64,000 bases of DNA from the NCBI GenBank assembly GCA_035718845.1, contig DASTGU010000053.1:48950-112949 (forward strand). The letters run 5' to 3'. The number at the start of each line of letters is the position of its first letter. Position 1 is the first letter of the stretch. The notes beneath the pieces are model-generated. The model had not been told where the DNA came from. It saw only the letters and a list, made by a program, of their open reading frames with translations, and searched no databases. Position numbers and translations under genes: made by a program. This document shows, piece by piece, positions 9,692-18,760 of this stretch. This DNA is from Gemmatimonadaceae bacterium (GTDB lineage: Bacteria; Gemmatimonadota; Gemmatimonadetes; Gemmatimonadales; Gemmatimonadaceae).

Positions 9692-9720
9692 TTGACTTTT
9701 CCACATAAAACCGATAGGCT
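9692..9720 (+). promoter_or_regulatory. Sigma70-type dnaA promoter with a DnaA box (TTTTCCACA, 9697-9705) in the spacer
   Basis: TTGACT (9692-9697), 17 bp, TAGGCT (9715-9720), ending 8 nt before the dnaA ATG. The box fits TTWTNCACA. Confidence 0.8.
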
Positions 9721-9728
9721 AGCCGGTC

Positions 9729-11162
9729 ATGTCGCTCAGTCCCGCCGAAGTTTGGAAACTCCTTCTCGATCGTGCCCGCCAGGAGCTTCCTTATCAGACA
9801 TTTCAGACCTGGCTCGCGCCCACCGAAGCACTCTCACTCGAGGGAGGAACGATCTTCGTGGGAGCTCCCGACCAGTTTACTGCCGACTGGAACGAATCCA
9901 AACATTCCCAGTTACTGTCCAGCTACGCACCAATTGTCCTCGGACATCCACTCAATGTTGTGTTCAAGGTCATTGAGGAGCGGAAGAAACGCTCACAGAT
10001 GGATTTTTTCGTGAGCCCGCCTCCTTCGGCTGCTGCCAAGCTAGCTGCCCAGCAGAACGGCAACACCTCCACGCCACTGAGTGAACGCTACACTTTCGAC
10101 TTATTCGTAATCGGAAAGTCGAATGAGCTCGCCGCGGCCGCCGCACATGCGGTCAGTCAGGCACCGGGCAAGGTCTACAATCCATTGTTCATTTACGGCG
10201 ACACCGGACTAGGGAAGACACACCTGATGCAGGCTGTCGCCCACGAGACCCTGCAGAGAAACCCCAACACGCGCGTCACTTACGTTGGCACCGAGCAGTT
10301 CATGAACGAGCTGATCAGCTCGATTCTCGACCGCACTGCTCCCGAATTTCGTCGGCGTTACCGCGAAACAGATCTGCTGCTGATCGATGACGTCCACTTC
10401 CTCAAGGGTCGAAAGGAAACGACCCAGGAAGAGTTTTTCCACACCTTCAATGCGCTTTATGAGGCTGGTCGCCAAATCGTTCTTACCAGCGACCGGCCGC
10501 CATCAGAAATTGCCGGCCTCGAAGCACGGTTGATCAGCCGGTTTCAGTGGGGAATGGTTGCCGACATCGGGCTACCTGACTTCGAGCACCGTGTCGCCAT
10601 CCTAAAGCAGAAGGCTCAGCTCGATCGACTGGAGCTGACGATTCCGGATGACGTGATCCATTTCATCGCTGAACACGTTCGGTCCAACGTCAGAGAGCTG
10701 GAAGGATCCATCATCAAGCTTCTCGCCTATGCGTCATTGAAGCACAAAGACATCACCGTGGATGTCGCTCGCGAAGCACTCCGTGACAAGCTACGGGCAA
10801 TCGAAGGCCAGGAGCACGAACAGGCTGGATCTCTCAACATATTTACAATCCAGCAGGCCGTGGCCAAAGAGTGGGGCGTCACGGTCGACGGTCTCCGTTC
10901 CAAAACTCGCACAAAAACTCTAACGACGCCTCGCCAGATCGCGATGTATCTCACTCGCGAGCTTCTTTCGACTCAGCTGGTCGAGATCGGAAATGCCTTC
11001 GGCGGGCGTGATCACTCGACTGTCATCCACAGCCTCGAGAAAGTTCAGGAGACCATTACCCACGACACCGATCTCCGCACTCGCATCAATCGACTGCGGA
11101 ATAATCTGGAAGCTTTCAACTTCCGGACACTACCTCGTGTGGAAACATCGAAGGTTTCGTAA
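9729..11162 (+). CDS. dnaA: Chromosomal replication initiator DnaA
   Basis: TFDLFVIGKSN, YNPLFIYGDTGLGKTHL, LLLIDDVHFL, SDRPP, RLISRF, NVRELEG and FGGRDHSTV. Confidence 0.99.
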   Translation: MSLSPAEVWKLLLDRARQELPYQTFQTWLAPTEALSLEGGTIFVGAPDQFTADWNESKHSQLLSSYAPIVLGHPLNVVFKVIEERKKRSQMDFFVSPPPSAAAKLAAQQNGNTSTPLSERYTFDLFVIGKSNELAAAAAHAVSQAPGKVYNPLFIYGDTGLGKTHLMQAVAHETLQRNPNTRVTYVGTEQFMNELISSILDRTAPEFRRRYRETDLLLIDDVHFLKGRKETTQEEFFHTFNALYEAGRQIVLTSDRPPSEIAGLEARLISRFQWGMVADIGLPDFEHRVAILKQKAQLDRLELTIPDDVIHFIAEHVRSNVRELEGSIIKLLAYASLKHKDITVDVAREALRDKLRAIEGQEHEQAGSLNIFTIQQAVAKEWGVTVDGLRSKTRTKTLTTPRQIAMYLTRELLSTQLVEIGNAFGGRDHSTVIHSLEKVQETITHDTDLRTRINRLRNNLEAFNFRTLPRVETSKVS

Positions 11163-11259
11163 AACCGATGTCGGTCACCGTCGAATGCCAGAGTTTCCAA
11201 CATCCAATCACACATTAACCAGCGTAGCGGAAAGCCCACTGCTTTCGTAAGTTAGACGC

Positions 11260-11330
11260 ACTCCCCAGAACTCCACAGCTCCTGCTACGACTGCTATAGT
11301 AAGTCTCTAATAAGACCTACTTAGTAAGTC
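11260..11330 (+). other. Candidate oriC basal unwinding system (degenerate DnaA box, DnaA-trios, AT-rich tract)
   Basis: AACTCCACA (11269-11277) followed directly by GCT CCT GCT ACG ACT GCT ATA and an AT-rich stretch, upstream of dnaN. Same layout as the B. subtilis BUS. Confidence 0.6.
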
Positions 11331-11356
11331 GACCTGAATTCAAAACAGGTACACTG

Positions 11357-12469
11357 ATGCGTTTCACGATATCTCGGGAAAAGTTGCAGGAAGGCCTGGC
11401 AGCAGTAACCGCCAGTATCCCGGCGAAAACGACATTGCCGGTTCTCGCCAACATACTTCTTGAAACAACCGATAAAGGGATCAAGCTTTCAGGCACTGAC
11501 CTGGACATAGCTGTCAGTACTGAGGTGTTGGCTGATGTGGAGACAGCTGGTGCTGTCACTGTCCCAGCGAAGAAATTGAGTGAGATCGCACGTGAGCTCC
11601 CACCAGCCCCTGTGAAAATGGCTGCCGTTGGAGAACAGCGAGTTACTCTCGATTGTGGGCGCTCACGATTCAAACTCCTCGGCTTGCCGCGTGATGAGTT
11701 TCCGACATTCCCCGCGGTCAGGTTCAACGAGAGCTGGAGAATTCGCTCTGGAGACTTACAGCAGCTGATTGGTCATACATCGTTTGCAGTGTCTGCAGAA
11801 GAAAGTCGGCCAATACTGAACGGTGTGTTGTGGGAGCTACGGCCGGAACGCATGCGCATGGTGGCTACGAATGGCCACCGCTTGGCAAAGATGGAAATGC
11901 CGATAGACTCGGCAAGCGCACCCGCGAGTGATTTGATCGTCCCGCCGAAAGCGCTCGAGCAGGTGAGAAGACTCTTTCCAGCAGAAGAAGAACTTGAGAT
12001 CGCACGAGGCGACAATCACATCGGATTCAGATCTCCGTTCACGGCGGTCTTCACTCGCCTGATCGAGGGTCCGTATCCGAACTACGAGCAGGTAATCCCT
12101 CGTGATAACGATAAGGTCGCAGTTGCCGATAAGGTTGCTCTTTCCAGCGCGCTGAAGAGAATGTCGGTGATTGCCTCCGATCAGACTCACCGGATTCGCC
12201 TGTCGTTCAATGCAGGCATGCTCAAGTTCAGTGTGCAAACGCCGGATCTCGGTGAAGCGCAGGACGAGCTTCCTGTCCGCTACACTGGCGACCAGCTCGA
12301 CATTGGCTTCAATGCCAGCTATTTGCTCGAGATCCTGCGTTATATCCCGAGTGACGAAGTGAAGATGACGTTCAAGGCACCTGAAAGAGCTGCGACGCTT
12401 GAGCCGGAAGGATGGAAGAATCCAGCGTCGTACATGTGCCTGGTGATGCCACTTCGTCTCGTCGACTAA
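11357..12469 (+). CDS. dnaN: DNA polymerase III beta sliding clamp
   Basis: TLPVLANILL, GTDLD, SRPILNGV, VATNGHRL, RLIEGPYPNYEQVIP, IGFNASYL and VMPLRL. Confidence 0.98.
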   Translation: MRFTISREKLQEGLAAVTASIPAKTTLPVLANILLETTDKGIKLSGTDLDIAVSTEVLADVETAGAVTVPAKKLSEIARELPPAPVKMAAVGEQRVTLDCGRSRFKLLGLPRDEFPTFPAVRFNESWRIRSGDLQQLIGHTSFAVSAEESRPILNGVLWELRPERMRMVATNGHRLAKMEMPIDSASAPASDLIVPPKALEQVRRLFPAEEELEIARGDNHIGFRSPFTAVFTRLIEGPYPNYEQVIPRDNDKVAVADKVALSSALKRMSVIASDQTHRIRLSFNAGMLKFSVQTPDLGEAQDELPVRYTGDQLDIGFNASYLLEILRYIPSDEVKMTFKAPERAATLEPEGWKNPASYMCLVMPLRLVD

Positions 12470-13317
12470 CGAAGCGGGCTAAACTCCTCTTTCACAGATT
12501 CTCGAAATCGGCTCGTTCGACCAGAAGCACGGATCGCAAAATCCAGATCTTGGCTCGTGGTTAGATGCATCAGGCGGCCCAGCTCCGGGATTAGATAGTA
12601 GGTCGCGGTACCCGTGCCATTCACATCGACGACTAGCTGATGCTGCTGTTGTCGCCCCTCGCCATGTGCTGTCACACTGTCAGCGCGCTGAACAGTTAGT
12701 GTGCTTTGTCCGTTGAACGATGTACGGCCGACAACCGAGAAGCGGCGGACGACTGTTGCTCGAACTGGGATCGTTCCGTAACAAGCGACTCTGGCGACGG
12801 AATCGCGCCAAGTTGCACCGACCGTGAGCTGCGCAGGAAAAGGTATCAGCAGATTTCTCACGTCAGTCTCGAGATTCGATCGCACTGGGTCACAGCTTTG
12901 AACCGTAGAGTCGATACTAACGTTCAGCGAGTCCAATAGCCCCGAAACCTGCACCGGAAGACTTACCGGCTCAGTGCTCCCGATCAAACCCTGAGAAGCC
13001 GTGAAGAAACTATCCACGGTTGCTGTGTAGCGAACGGTGTCAGCGGCAATGGCAAGCGCGAGAACTTCGTGGGTGTTGTTGGTCGAGATCTCCCGATGTG
13101 TTCCGGAGTCGGTCGCACTTTCGATTGCTGCACTGCGGGTGATTTGCAACCGAATGGTGTCGGGCTTGTAGGAAAATGCCCATGGCCCGGTATCCGAGAT
13201 GCGGACAGATGGTTCTGGAAGAGCCGGTACAGGTGAAGGAGGATTCCGTATCGACCGGCCGGCACATCCCGCTGTTGCCAGTAGGAGAAGAGCCGATTTC
13301 GCGACGCTATGCCTCAT
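12466..13317 (-). CDS. Hypothetical lipoprotein
   Basis: Signal peptide ending LATAG-C, Pro-rich linker, beta-rich body; no recognised family. Confidence 0.6.
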   Translation of the reverse strand: MRHSVAKSALLLLATAGCAGRSIRNPPSPVPALPEPSVRISDTGPWAFSYKPDTIRLQITRSAAIESATDSGTHREISTNNTHEVLALAIAADTVRYTATVDSFFTASQGLIGSTEPVSLPVQVSGLLDSLNVSIDSTVQSCDPVRSNLETDVRNLLIPFPAQLTVGATWRDSVARVACYGTIPVRATVVRRFSVVGRTSFNGQSTLTVQRADSVTAHGEGRQQQHQLVVDVNGTGTATYYLIPELGRLMHLTTSQDLDFAIRASGRTSRFRESVKEEFSPLR

Positions 13318-13353
13318 GCGGTAATGTTTAGAGTAGCGGTGGCGACAAAAGCA

Positions 13354-13383
13354 ACAACCTCCGATGCGAGCACCGGAGGTTGT
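13354..13383 (-). terminator. Intrinsic terminator hairpin after rnpB
   Basis: 10-bp stem ACAACCTCCG/CGGAGGTTGT followed on the minus strand by TGCTTTT. Confidence 0.65.
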
Positions 13384-13384
13384 A

Positions 13385-13773
13385 GGTGGACAGCTGGTCT
13401 ATAAGCCGGGTTCTGTCGGAGTACTCGTGCACTCCGGACGATCATTTCTCTACGAGCATGGTCACCCATACTCTCTAGCAGCCTACCCGCGGCGTCTTGG
13501 CCGAGATGGACGTCTCTCGCCGCATATTTGGCCTTGCTCCAACTGGGGTTTGCCGTGCCGTCGCCGTTACCGTCGACGCGGTGAGCTCTTACCTCACCGT
13601 TTCACCCTTACCGCTCTTGCGAGTGGCGGTTTGTTCTCTGTGGCACTATCCGTCGCGAACGACTCGCGTCGATCGCGCCCAGGCGTTACCTGGCAGTCAG
13701 TCCATAGGAGCCCGGACTTTCCTCGGATTAGTACTGATAAGGTACTAATCCGCGATCGTCCGACCATCTGCCC
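13385..13773 (-). ncRNA. rnpB: RNase P RNA (type A)
   Basis: Minus strand has GAGGAAAGTCCGGGC, AGTGCCACAGA(G)AACAAACCGCC, GGTGAAACGG, GGTAAGAGCTCACCG, GAGCAAGGCC and ACAGAACCCGGCTTA; the ends pair as P1 (GGGCAGATGGTC/GACCAGCTGTCC). Confidence 0.97.
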
Positions 13774-13901
13774 TCCGAAATATAACGATTGAAGAGCATT
13801 TCGGTCTCTCGCTTGGCTCTTTGCCGTGATGACGAGTGTCTGACGTGCTCCGGTTACTCTGTCGCTGTGTTTAATCCAACGACCCACACGGCGAGGAAGA
13901 C

Positions 13902-14810
13902 ATGACCTCACAATCGAAGACAGGGAGTCCGAGGACTCCCGTTTCGACGATCCTGACGCCACTCGAGAGATCCCACGTTGACGCAGCCGCACATGGATTG
14001 TGTCAGCCACTCCACCGTGAATCACTCGACGAAGTGCTTTCAGATCTCCGTGAGCAGAAAGCCGACCTCGTTCTGATTTCTGTTGCCCGCTACGGTACCC
14101 AGAGCTCTGGGCGTGTCGCAGCGATGGTGCGAGAATTTCCGCGCGTGCCGACGGTTGCCCTTCTCACTGAGACCCAGAATTCCACACCGCATGCGACGCT
14201 CGCGTTGGGTCAGATGGGGATTCGTACTCTCGTCGACGCGAGGGGTCCGTCCGGTTGGCAGATGCTCCGCAATCTGCTCGCTAGCCAGGGCTCTAACGAC
14301 CTTCAGCGATCGGCACTGGCGCAAATCGGCCGCGATATTCCAGGCGTGTCGAGGGACTGCTGGCGATTCTTTGAGCTCCTGTTCGATACGTCACCACGTA
14401 TTGCCACTGTTCGCCAGCTCGCGCGGCATCTCAACATTCTGCCGAGCACTTTGATGAGTCGTTTCTTTCGCGCGAAGCTACCGGCGCCGAAGCGGTACCT
14501 CTCGCTGGCGCGCTTGATTCGCGCTGCACGATTGTTCGAAAATCCCGGATTGTCTGTAGCGCGCGTCGCGAATCACCTTGATTACTCGTCGCCACAAAGC
14601 TTCGGTCGTCACGTGCGTACAGTGATGAAAATGTCGCCAGTGAGATTCAGAGCGACGTACGACGGTCAGGGAATGCTCCAGTTCTTTCGTCGCGAGCTGA
14701 TTCTTCCCTATACCGATGTCCTCTGCAACTTCAGGCCATCGGCCGCCTACCCGGGATGGATGCCGAAGACGATTCCGGTTGATCGCCACGCTTCTCGAGA
14801 ACTGCCATGA
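13902..14810 (+). CDS. AraC-type HTH regulator with a degenerate receiver-like N-terminal domain
   Basis: C-terminal double HTH (TVRQLARHL..STLMSRF; LSVARVANHLDYSSPQSFGRHVR..MSPVRFR); N-terminal beta-alpha pattern DLVLIS/PRVPTVALLT; GAGG SD. Confidence 0.7.
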   Translation: MTSQSKTGSPRTPVSTILTPLERSHVDAAAHGLCQPLHRESLDEVLSDLREQKADLVLISVARYGTQSSGRVAAMVREFPRVPTVALLTETQNSTPHATLALGQMGIRTLVDARGPSGWQMLRNLLASQGSNDLQRSALAQIGRDIPGVSRDCWRFFELLFDTSPRIATVRQLARHLNILPSTLMSRFFRAKLPAPKRYLSLARLIRAARLFENPGLSVARVANHLDYSSPQSFGRHVRTVMKMSPVRFRATYDGQGMLQFFRRELILPYTDVLCNFRPSAAYPGWMPKTIPVDRHASRELP

Positions 14811-15345
14811 TGTCGCTTGCCGCGGCAAGCGTGATCACGGGCACGCCTGCTGATTCGAGCTTCTCGCGGCCTCCCTCCTGACGGTCGACGACGGCCAGAA
14901 CACCACTCACGGTCCCGCCCGCCGAGCGTATTGCATCAATTGCTCGTTGGGCGGAGCCACCGGTGGTTATTACGTCCTCGATGACCGCGACGTGATCGTT
15001 CGACCGGAATGGACCTTCTATCACCTTACCGGTGCCGTGGGACTTTGCTTCCTTCCTCACCGTAAATGCTCGTAGTGGGTGATCGCTTCCGGCGCTGGCA
15101 TAACTGATTGCATAGGCAATTGGATCCGCCCCCAACGTCAGCCCTCCCACGGCATCGACCCGCCATCCTGATTCACGCAGCACCGAGAGCCCAAGTCTGC
15201 CAATTACCGAGAGTCCTTCGGGACTCATGGTCGTGAGTCTTGCATCGATATAGAACTCCGATCCTCTCCCTGACGCGAGGATGAAGTGTCCCCTCTTGCT
15301 GGATCGCTCTGCCAGCAGGGTCGTCAATAGCTCCTTATCGGTCAT
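14731..15345 (-). CDS. pyrE: Orotate phosphoribosyltransferase
   Basis: FILASG..S.FYIDAR, GGLTLGADPIA, VRKEAKSHGTG, VIEDVITTGGS and VDRQEG. Confidence 0.95.
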   Translation of the reverse strand: MTDKELLTTLLAERSSKRGHFILASGRGSEFYIDARLTTMSPEGLSVIGRLGLSVLRESGWRVDAVGGLTLGADPIAYAISYASAGSDHPLRAFTVRKEAKSHGTGKVIEGPFRSNDHVAVIEDVITTGGSAQRAIDAIRSAGGTVSGVLAVVDRQEGGREKLESAGVPVITLAAASDIMAVLEKRGDQPESSSASIPGRRPMA

Positions 15346-15381
15346 GGTGCGTGAGGTTACGGATTCTTAAGATTCGAGTCA

Positions 15382-16353
15382 ATGCACGCGTTTTCGCAGC
15401 TCGAGATCGATCGTTGGACAGGGTTGGTCGGTTGGATCATATCGCTGGCGACAGTGCTCGGCCTTGCACTCGTCCTTCGTCACGAGCGTCGTCAGGCTCG
15501 TAGTCTGGTAGAACGGTCCAAAGAGCTCGAGCGCCTTTCGTCAGAGCTGCTCCGTGTGAACCGTATGAAGAGCGAGTTTCTCGCCAATGTGTCGCACGAG
15601 CTGCGTACTCCGCTCAACGCGATCGTTGGTTTTGTCGACTTGCTGCGTGAAGGTGTCTACGGTGACCTCGCTCCGCGACAGGTCAAACCGGTCGAACGCA
15701 TTGAAGCATCCGCCAATCATTTGCGGCATCTCGTCGACCAGGTGCTGGATCTCGCGAAGATGGCGGCGGGCCGCCTGGAAATTCATACCGAGACCATCGA
15801 CCTTCGACCGTTTGTGCTCGACGTAGCGAGCGAGATCGAATCACTGGTTAGTGAGAAAGGTCTATCACTGTCTCTTGTAATGGGTGCGGCACTGCCTCGC
15901 ATTCGTACGGACCCGACTCACTTGCGACAGATCCTGATGAATCTGCTTGGCAACGCCGTCAAATACACGAACGAAGGTGGGATCGTCATTCGGACGCGCC
16001 TCGTCGATTCTCTGCCCGACAGTGGACAGTTAGGTAGCACTCAAACTCCGTCTTCCAATGAGCGCGTGGTCCATCCGCCGACAACTCAGTGGATCGGCAT
16101 CCAGGTGATCGACACCGGAATTGGGATCGATCCCTCGGATCAGACGAGAATCTTTGAGGAATTCGAGCAGATTGATGCTGGACCGCGCGGCAACTCTGCC
16201 GAGCGTGGCACTGGACTGGGTTTGCCGATTTCGCGGCGTCTTGCAGCCCTTATCGGCGGCATCGTCGAGCTCGAAAGCGAGCTCGGCAAAGGATCCACGT
16301 TTACGCTGTGGTTGCCCGTCGATCCTGAGGAGTCAGCGGTTACGACGAAGTAG
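15382..16353 (+). CDS. Histidine kinase (single TM, HisKA plus HATPase, no sensor domain)
   Basis: SHELRTPL H-box, QILMNLLGNAVKYT N-box, DTGIGI G1, GTGLGL G2 and GKGSTF. Confidence 0.92.
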   Translation: MHAFSQLEIDRWTGLVGWIISLATVLGLALVLRHERRQARSLVERSKELERLSSELLRVNRMKSEFLANVSHELRTPLNAIVGFVDLLREGVYGDLAPRQVKPVERIEASANHLRHLVDQVLDLAKMAAGRLEIHTETIDLRPFVLDVASEIESLVSEKGLSLSLVMGAALPRIRTDPTHLRQILMNLLGNAVKYTNEGGIVIRTRLVDSLPDSGQLGSTQTPSSNERVVHPPTTQWIGIQVIDTGIGIDPSDQTRIFEEFEQIDAGPRGNSAERGTGLGLPISRRLAALIGGIVELESELGKGSTFTLWLPVDPEESAVTTK

Positions 16354-17238
16354 CCCTTTGAATTTGTTGAGCATGTTGGGCTGCTCGGGCGGAATGCGCG
16401 CGGCGTCGGCGAATGCGTTGCCGAAGGCAACAACCGTCGGATAGCGATCAGCCGGCGATCTGGACAATGCGCGCGCGAGTACGGCGTCGAGCTCCGTTGA
16501 GAAGCTAAGGCCCTCCACGGCGTTCTTGAGTGGGATTGGCGGCATCGTCAGCAGCTGAGTGAACATCTCTCGTGGAGCTTTTGCTGTATACGGCAACGTC
16601 CGCGTCAGCAGGAAATACGCGATGGTAGCCAGACTGTACTGGTCGGCAGCCGCAGTGACGATCTCGCCTGACAGTGCCTCGGGCGCGATGTACATCAACG
16701 TTCCCACGAAGAAGCCGGCGCGCGTTAGCCTCTCATCGCTGGATGCCTGGGTATCGGCTGCGATTCCGAAGTCCAGGAGCTTAACGAGCCGTGTCTGCGG
16801 GTCGTACATCACGTTTTCCGGCTTCAGATCGCGGTGGACTATGTTCGCGTCGTGCGCAGCTTGGACCGCTGCGGCGATCTGTGAGATGATGTTTGCCACT
16901 TCTTCCGGCGGCATCGGAGCGTGCTGCTTGGCGTAACGCTCGAGCAATTCTCCTTCGGCCCACTCAATGGCGAGGAAGTGCAGGCCATTGTCCGCCTGGC
17001 CGATCTCAATGGTGTCTACAACGTTGGGATGCTTGACGCGCGAGCCGTATTTGGCCTCGCGAACGAATCGTGCTACCGCCGTCTTGTCCTGGCGCAACTT
17101 TTCCCGTAGCACTTTGAGGGCGACAGTGCCATGATTGGGATGGTCTGCCAGGTACACGGCCGACGTTCCGCCCTCGCCAACTTCTCTCTTGATTGTGTAG
17201 CCGGCGACTCGGGTACCGACCATCTGCTCTCGAGACAC
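16333..17238 (-). CDS. Hanks-type Ser/Thr protein kinase (cytoplasmic, kinase domain only)
   Basis: GEGGTSAVY, VALKVL, HRDLKPEN, DFG, GTLMYIAPE and DQYSL. Confidence 0.93.
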   Translation of the reverse strand: MSREQMVGTRVAGYTIKREVGEGGTSAVYLADHPNHGTVALKVLREKLRQDKTAVARFVREAKYGSRVKHPNVVDTIEIGQADNGLHFLAIEWAEGELLERYAKQHAPMPPEEVANIISQIAAAVQAAHDANIVHRDLKPENVMYDPQTRLVKLLDFGIAADTQASSDERLTRAGFFVGTLMYIAPEALSGEIVTAAADQYSLATIAYFLLTRTLPYTAKAPREMFTQLLTMPPIPLKNAVEGLSFSTELDAVLARALSRSPADRYPTVVAFGNAFADAARIPPEQPNMLNKFKGLLRRNR

Positions 17239-17288
17239 GCGGCGAAACTAATAGAAACCGAGATGGTCGGATAGGGTATTAGCCGCAC

Positions 17289-18683
17289 ATGCCGATTAAT
17301 TCATTGCGAAACTTTCTCTTTCTTCTTGCTGGTGCTGCAGCCGTTATCACTGGCTGCAGCACAGCGACCAGCAACGTAAATACAGAGCCGACGTCATCGG
17401 TTGTGACACTCGGCACGAATACGACGGTAGATGCGAGTGAGCTCTACCGGCAGATCGGACTGATCGCTGCACCTGCTCCCGTACCGTTCGTCGCCAAGAT
17501 CTCTGCATTTGCGAGCAGCTCTCCAGACACCACGTTGGTGCTCGTCAGTCTATCGTTGCCGAACAAAGCGCTGACGTTCACGCGAGAAGGCGATCGATAT
17601 CGTGCGCCGTACGAAGTGAAGCTTACACTCAATCGTGGCGCAGTCGAAGCAGCGAATGTCGACGCGATGGAGATAGTGAGGGTCGGGTCCTTTAGAGAAA
17701 TCAATCGCAGCGATGAGAGTATCATCTTCCAGCATTACTTCCACGTTCCACCGGGGACTTACGCGCTCTCGGCCAATGTGAGAGATGTTGGCGGATCACG
17801 CGGCGCTGGTCAGGATGTGTCGATCACTGTACCCGCTCTGACTCCGGGCCACCTCTCCACGCCGACCCTCGTTTATGAAGCGACTGGACGTAGTGCTCTC
17901 GACTCGGTGCCGAACCTACTCGCGAGTCCGCGGTCGAGCGCAGTCTTCGGCCGTGACAGCACAGTCGCTGTGTATATCGAGGGATATGGGCAAGGGCCGG
18001 CTCGTCTGCCAGTCGAGTTCGTGGTTCGCAATGACAAAGGTGCGCAATTACTGCGGGACTCGACCCAACTCGCGCGCCGAGGGAATTTATTTACCGGCGT
18101 CGTGAACGTTCCGATTTCGACGGTTGGTGTCGGAGTTGCGCAGGTCTACTTTACGCGCCGCGACACGCCGCAGGATACGGCGAGTGCGCCGCTGTTCGTG
18201 AGCTTTGGCGAAGACATCCCGCTGATGTCCTACGAAGACATGCTTGGCTATCTGCGATTTTTCGCCAGTCCGTCGCGGTTGAGCACGTTGAAGAATGCGA
18301 CGCCGGAAATGCGGGCCGGTGAGTGGGCGAGATTCCTGCGCGCCACCGACCCAATTCCAGAGACGCCGATCAACGAAGATCTGCAGTCGTACTTCGGCCG
18401 GATTCAGATCGCGAATGGACAGTTCCGGATGGACCACAACCCGGGTTGGCTCTCGGACCGTGGAATGGTTTATGTCGCCCTCGGCGAGCCCGATCAGGTA
18501 ATTGAGCGTAACGTCAACGGCACTCTGACAACGACGCAGATGGGTTCTACGACACGACTCCAAATCTGGCTGTATCGCCAGTACAACGCTCAGTTGGTGT
18601 TTTATGAAGAAACCGGACGCTGGAGATTGACGCGCCCCAGCGAGACCGAGTTTCTATCCCTCAACTCGCGTCGCCAGCACTAA
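17289..18683 (+). CDS. GWxTD domain-containing lipoprotein
   Basis: Lipobox ITGC; C-terminal FLRATDP..ET.INE..YFGRI..AN..F....GWLSDRGMVYV..GEPD pattern of GWxTD domains. Confidence 0.8.
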   Translation: MPINSLRNFLFLLAGAAAVITGCSTATSNVNTEPTSSVVTLGTNTTVDASELYRQIGLIAAPAPVPFVAKISAFASSSPDTTLVLVSLSLPNKALTFTREGDRYRAPYEVKLTLNRGAVEAANVDAMEIVRVGSFREINRSDESIIFQHYFHVPPGTYALSANVRDVGGSRGAGQDVSITVPALTPGHLSTPTLVYEATGRSALDSVPNLLASPRSSAVFGRDSTVAVYIEGYGQGPARLPVEFVVRNDKGAQLLRDSTQLARRGNLFTGVVNVPISTVGVGVAQVYFTRRDTPQDTASAPLFVSFGEDIPLMSYEDMLGYLRFFASPSRLSTLKNATPEMRAGEWARFLRATDPIPETPINEDLQSYFGRIQIANGQFRMDHNPGWLSDRGMVYVALGEPDQVIERNVNGTLTTTQMGSTTRLQIWLYRQYNAQLVFYEETGRWRLTRPSETEFLSLNSRRQH

Positions 18684-18760
18684 GCAGCAGGTCTGCCACT
18701 GCGTTGATGACCGTTCGCGATTGTTCTCGCGGCGATTAGAGCGCGTTTAATATTCACATC

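Noticed and set aside
14731-14810. Convergent 3' overlaps (AraC/pyrE 80 nt; His kinase/Ser-Thr kinase 21 nt; DMT/mnmG 11 nt) as antisense regulation
   Set aside because: The overlaps encode only low-complexity tails; common in compact GC-rich genomes and no further evidence
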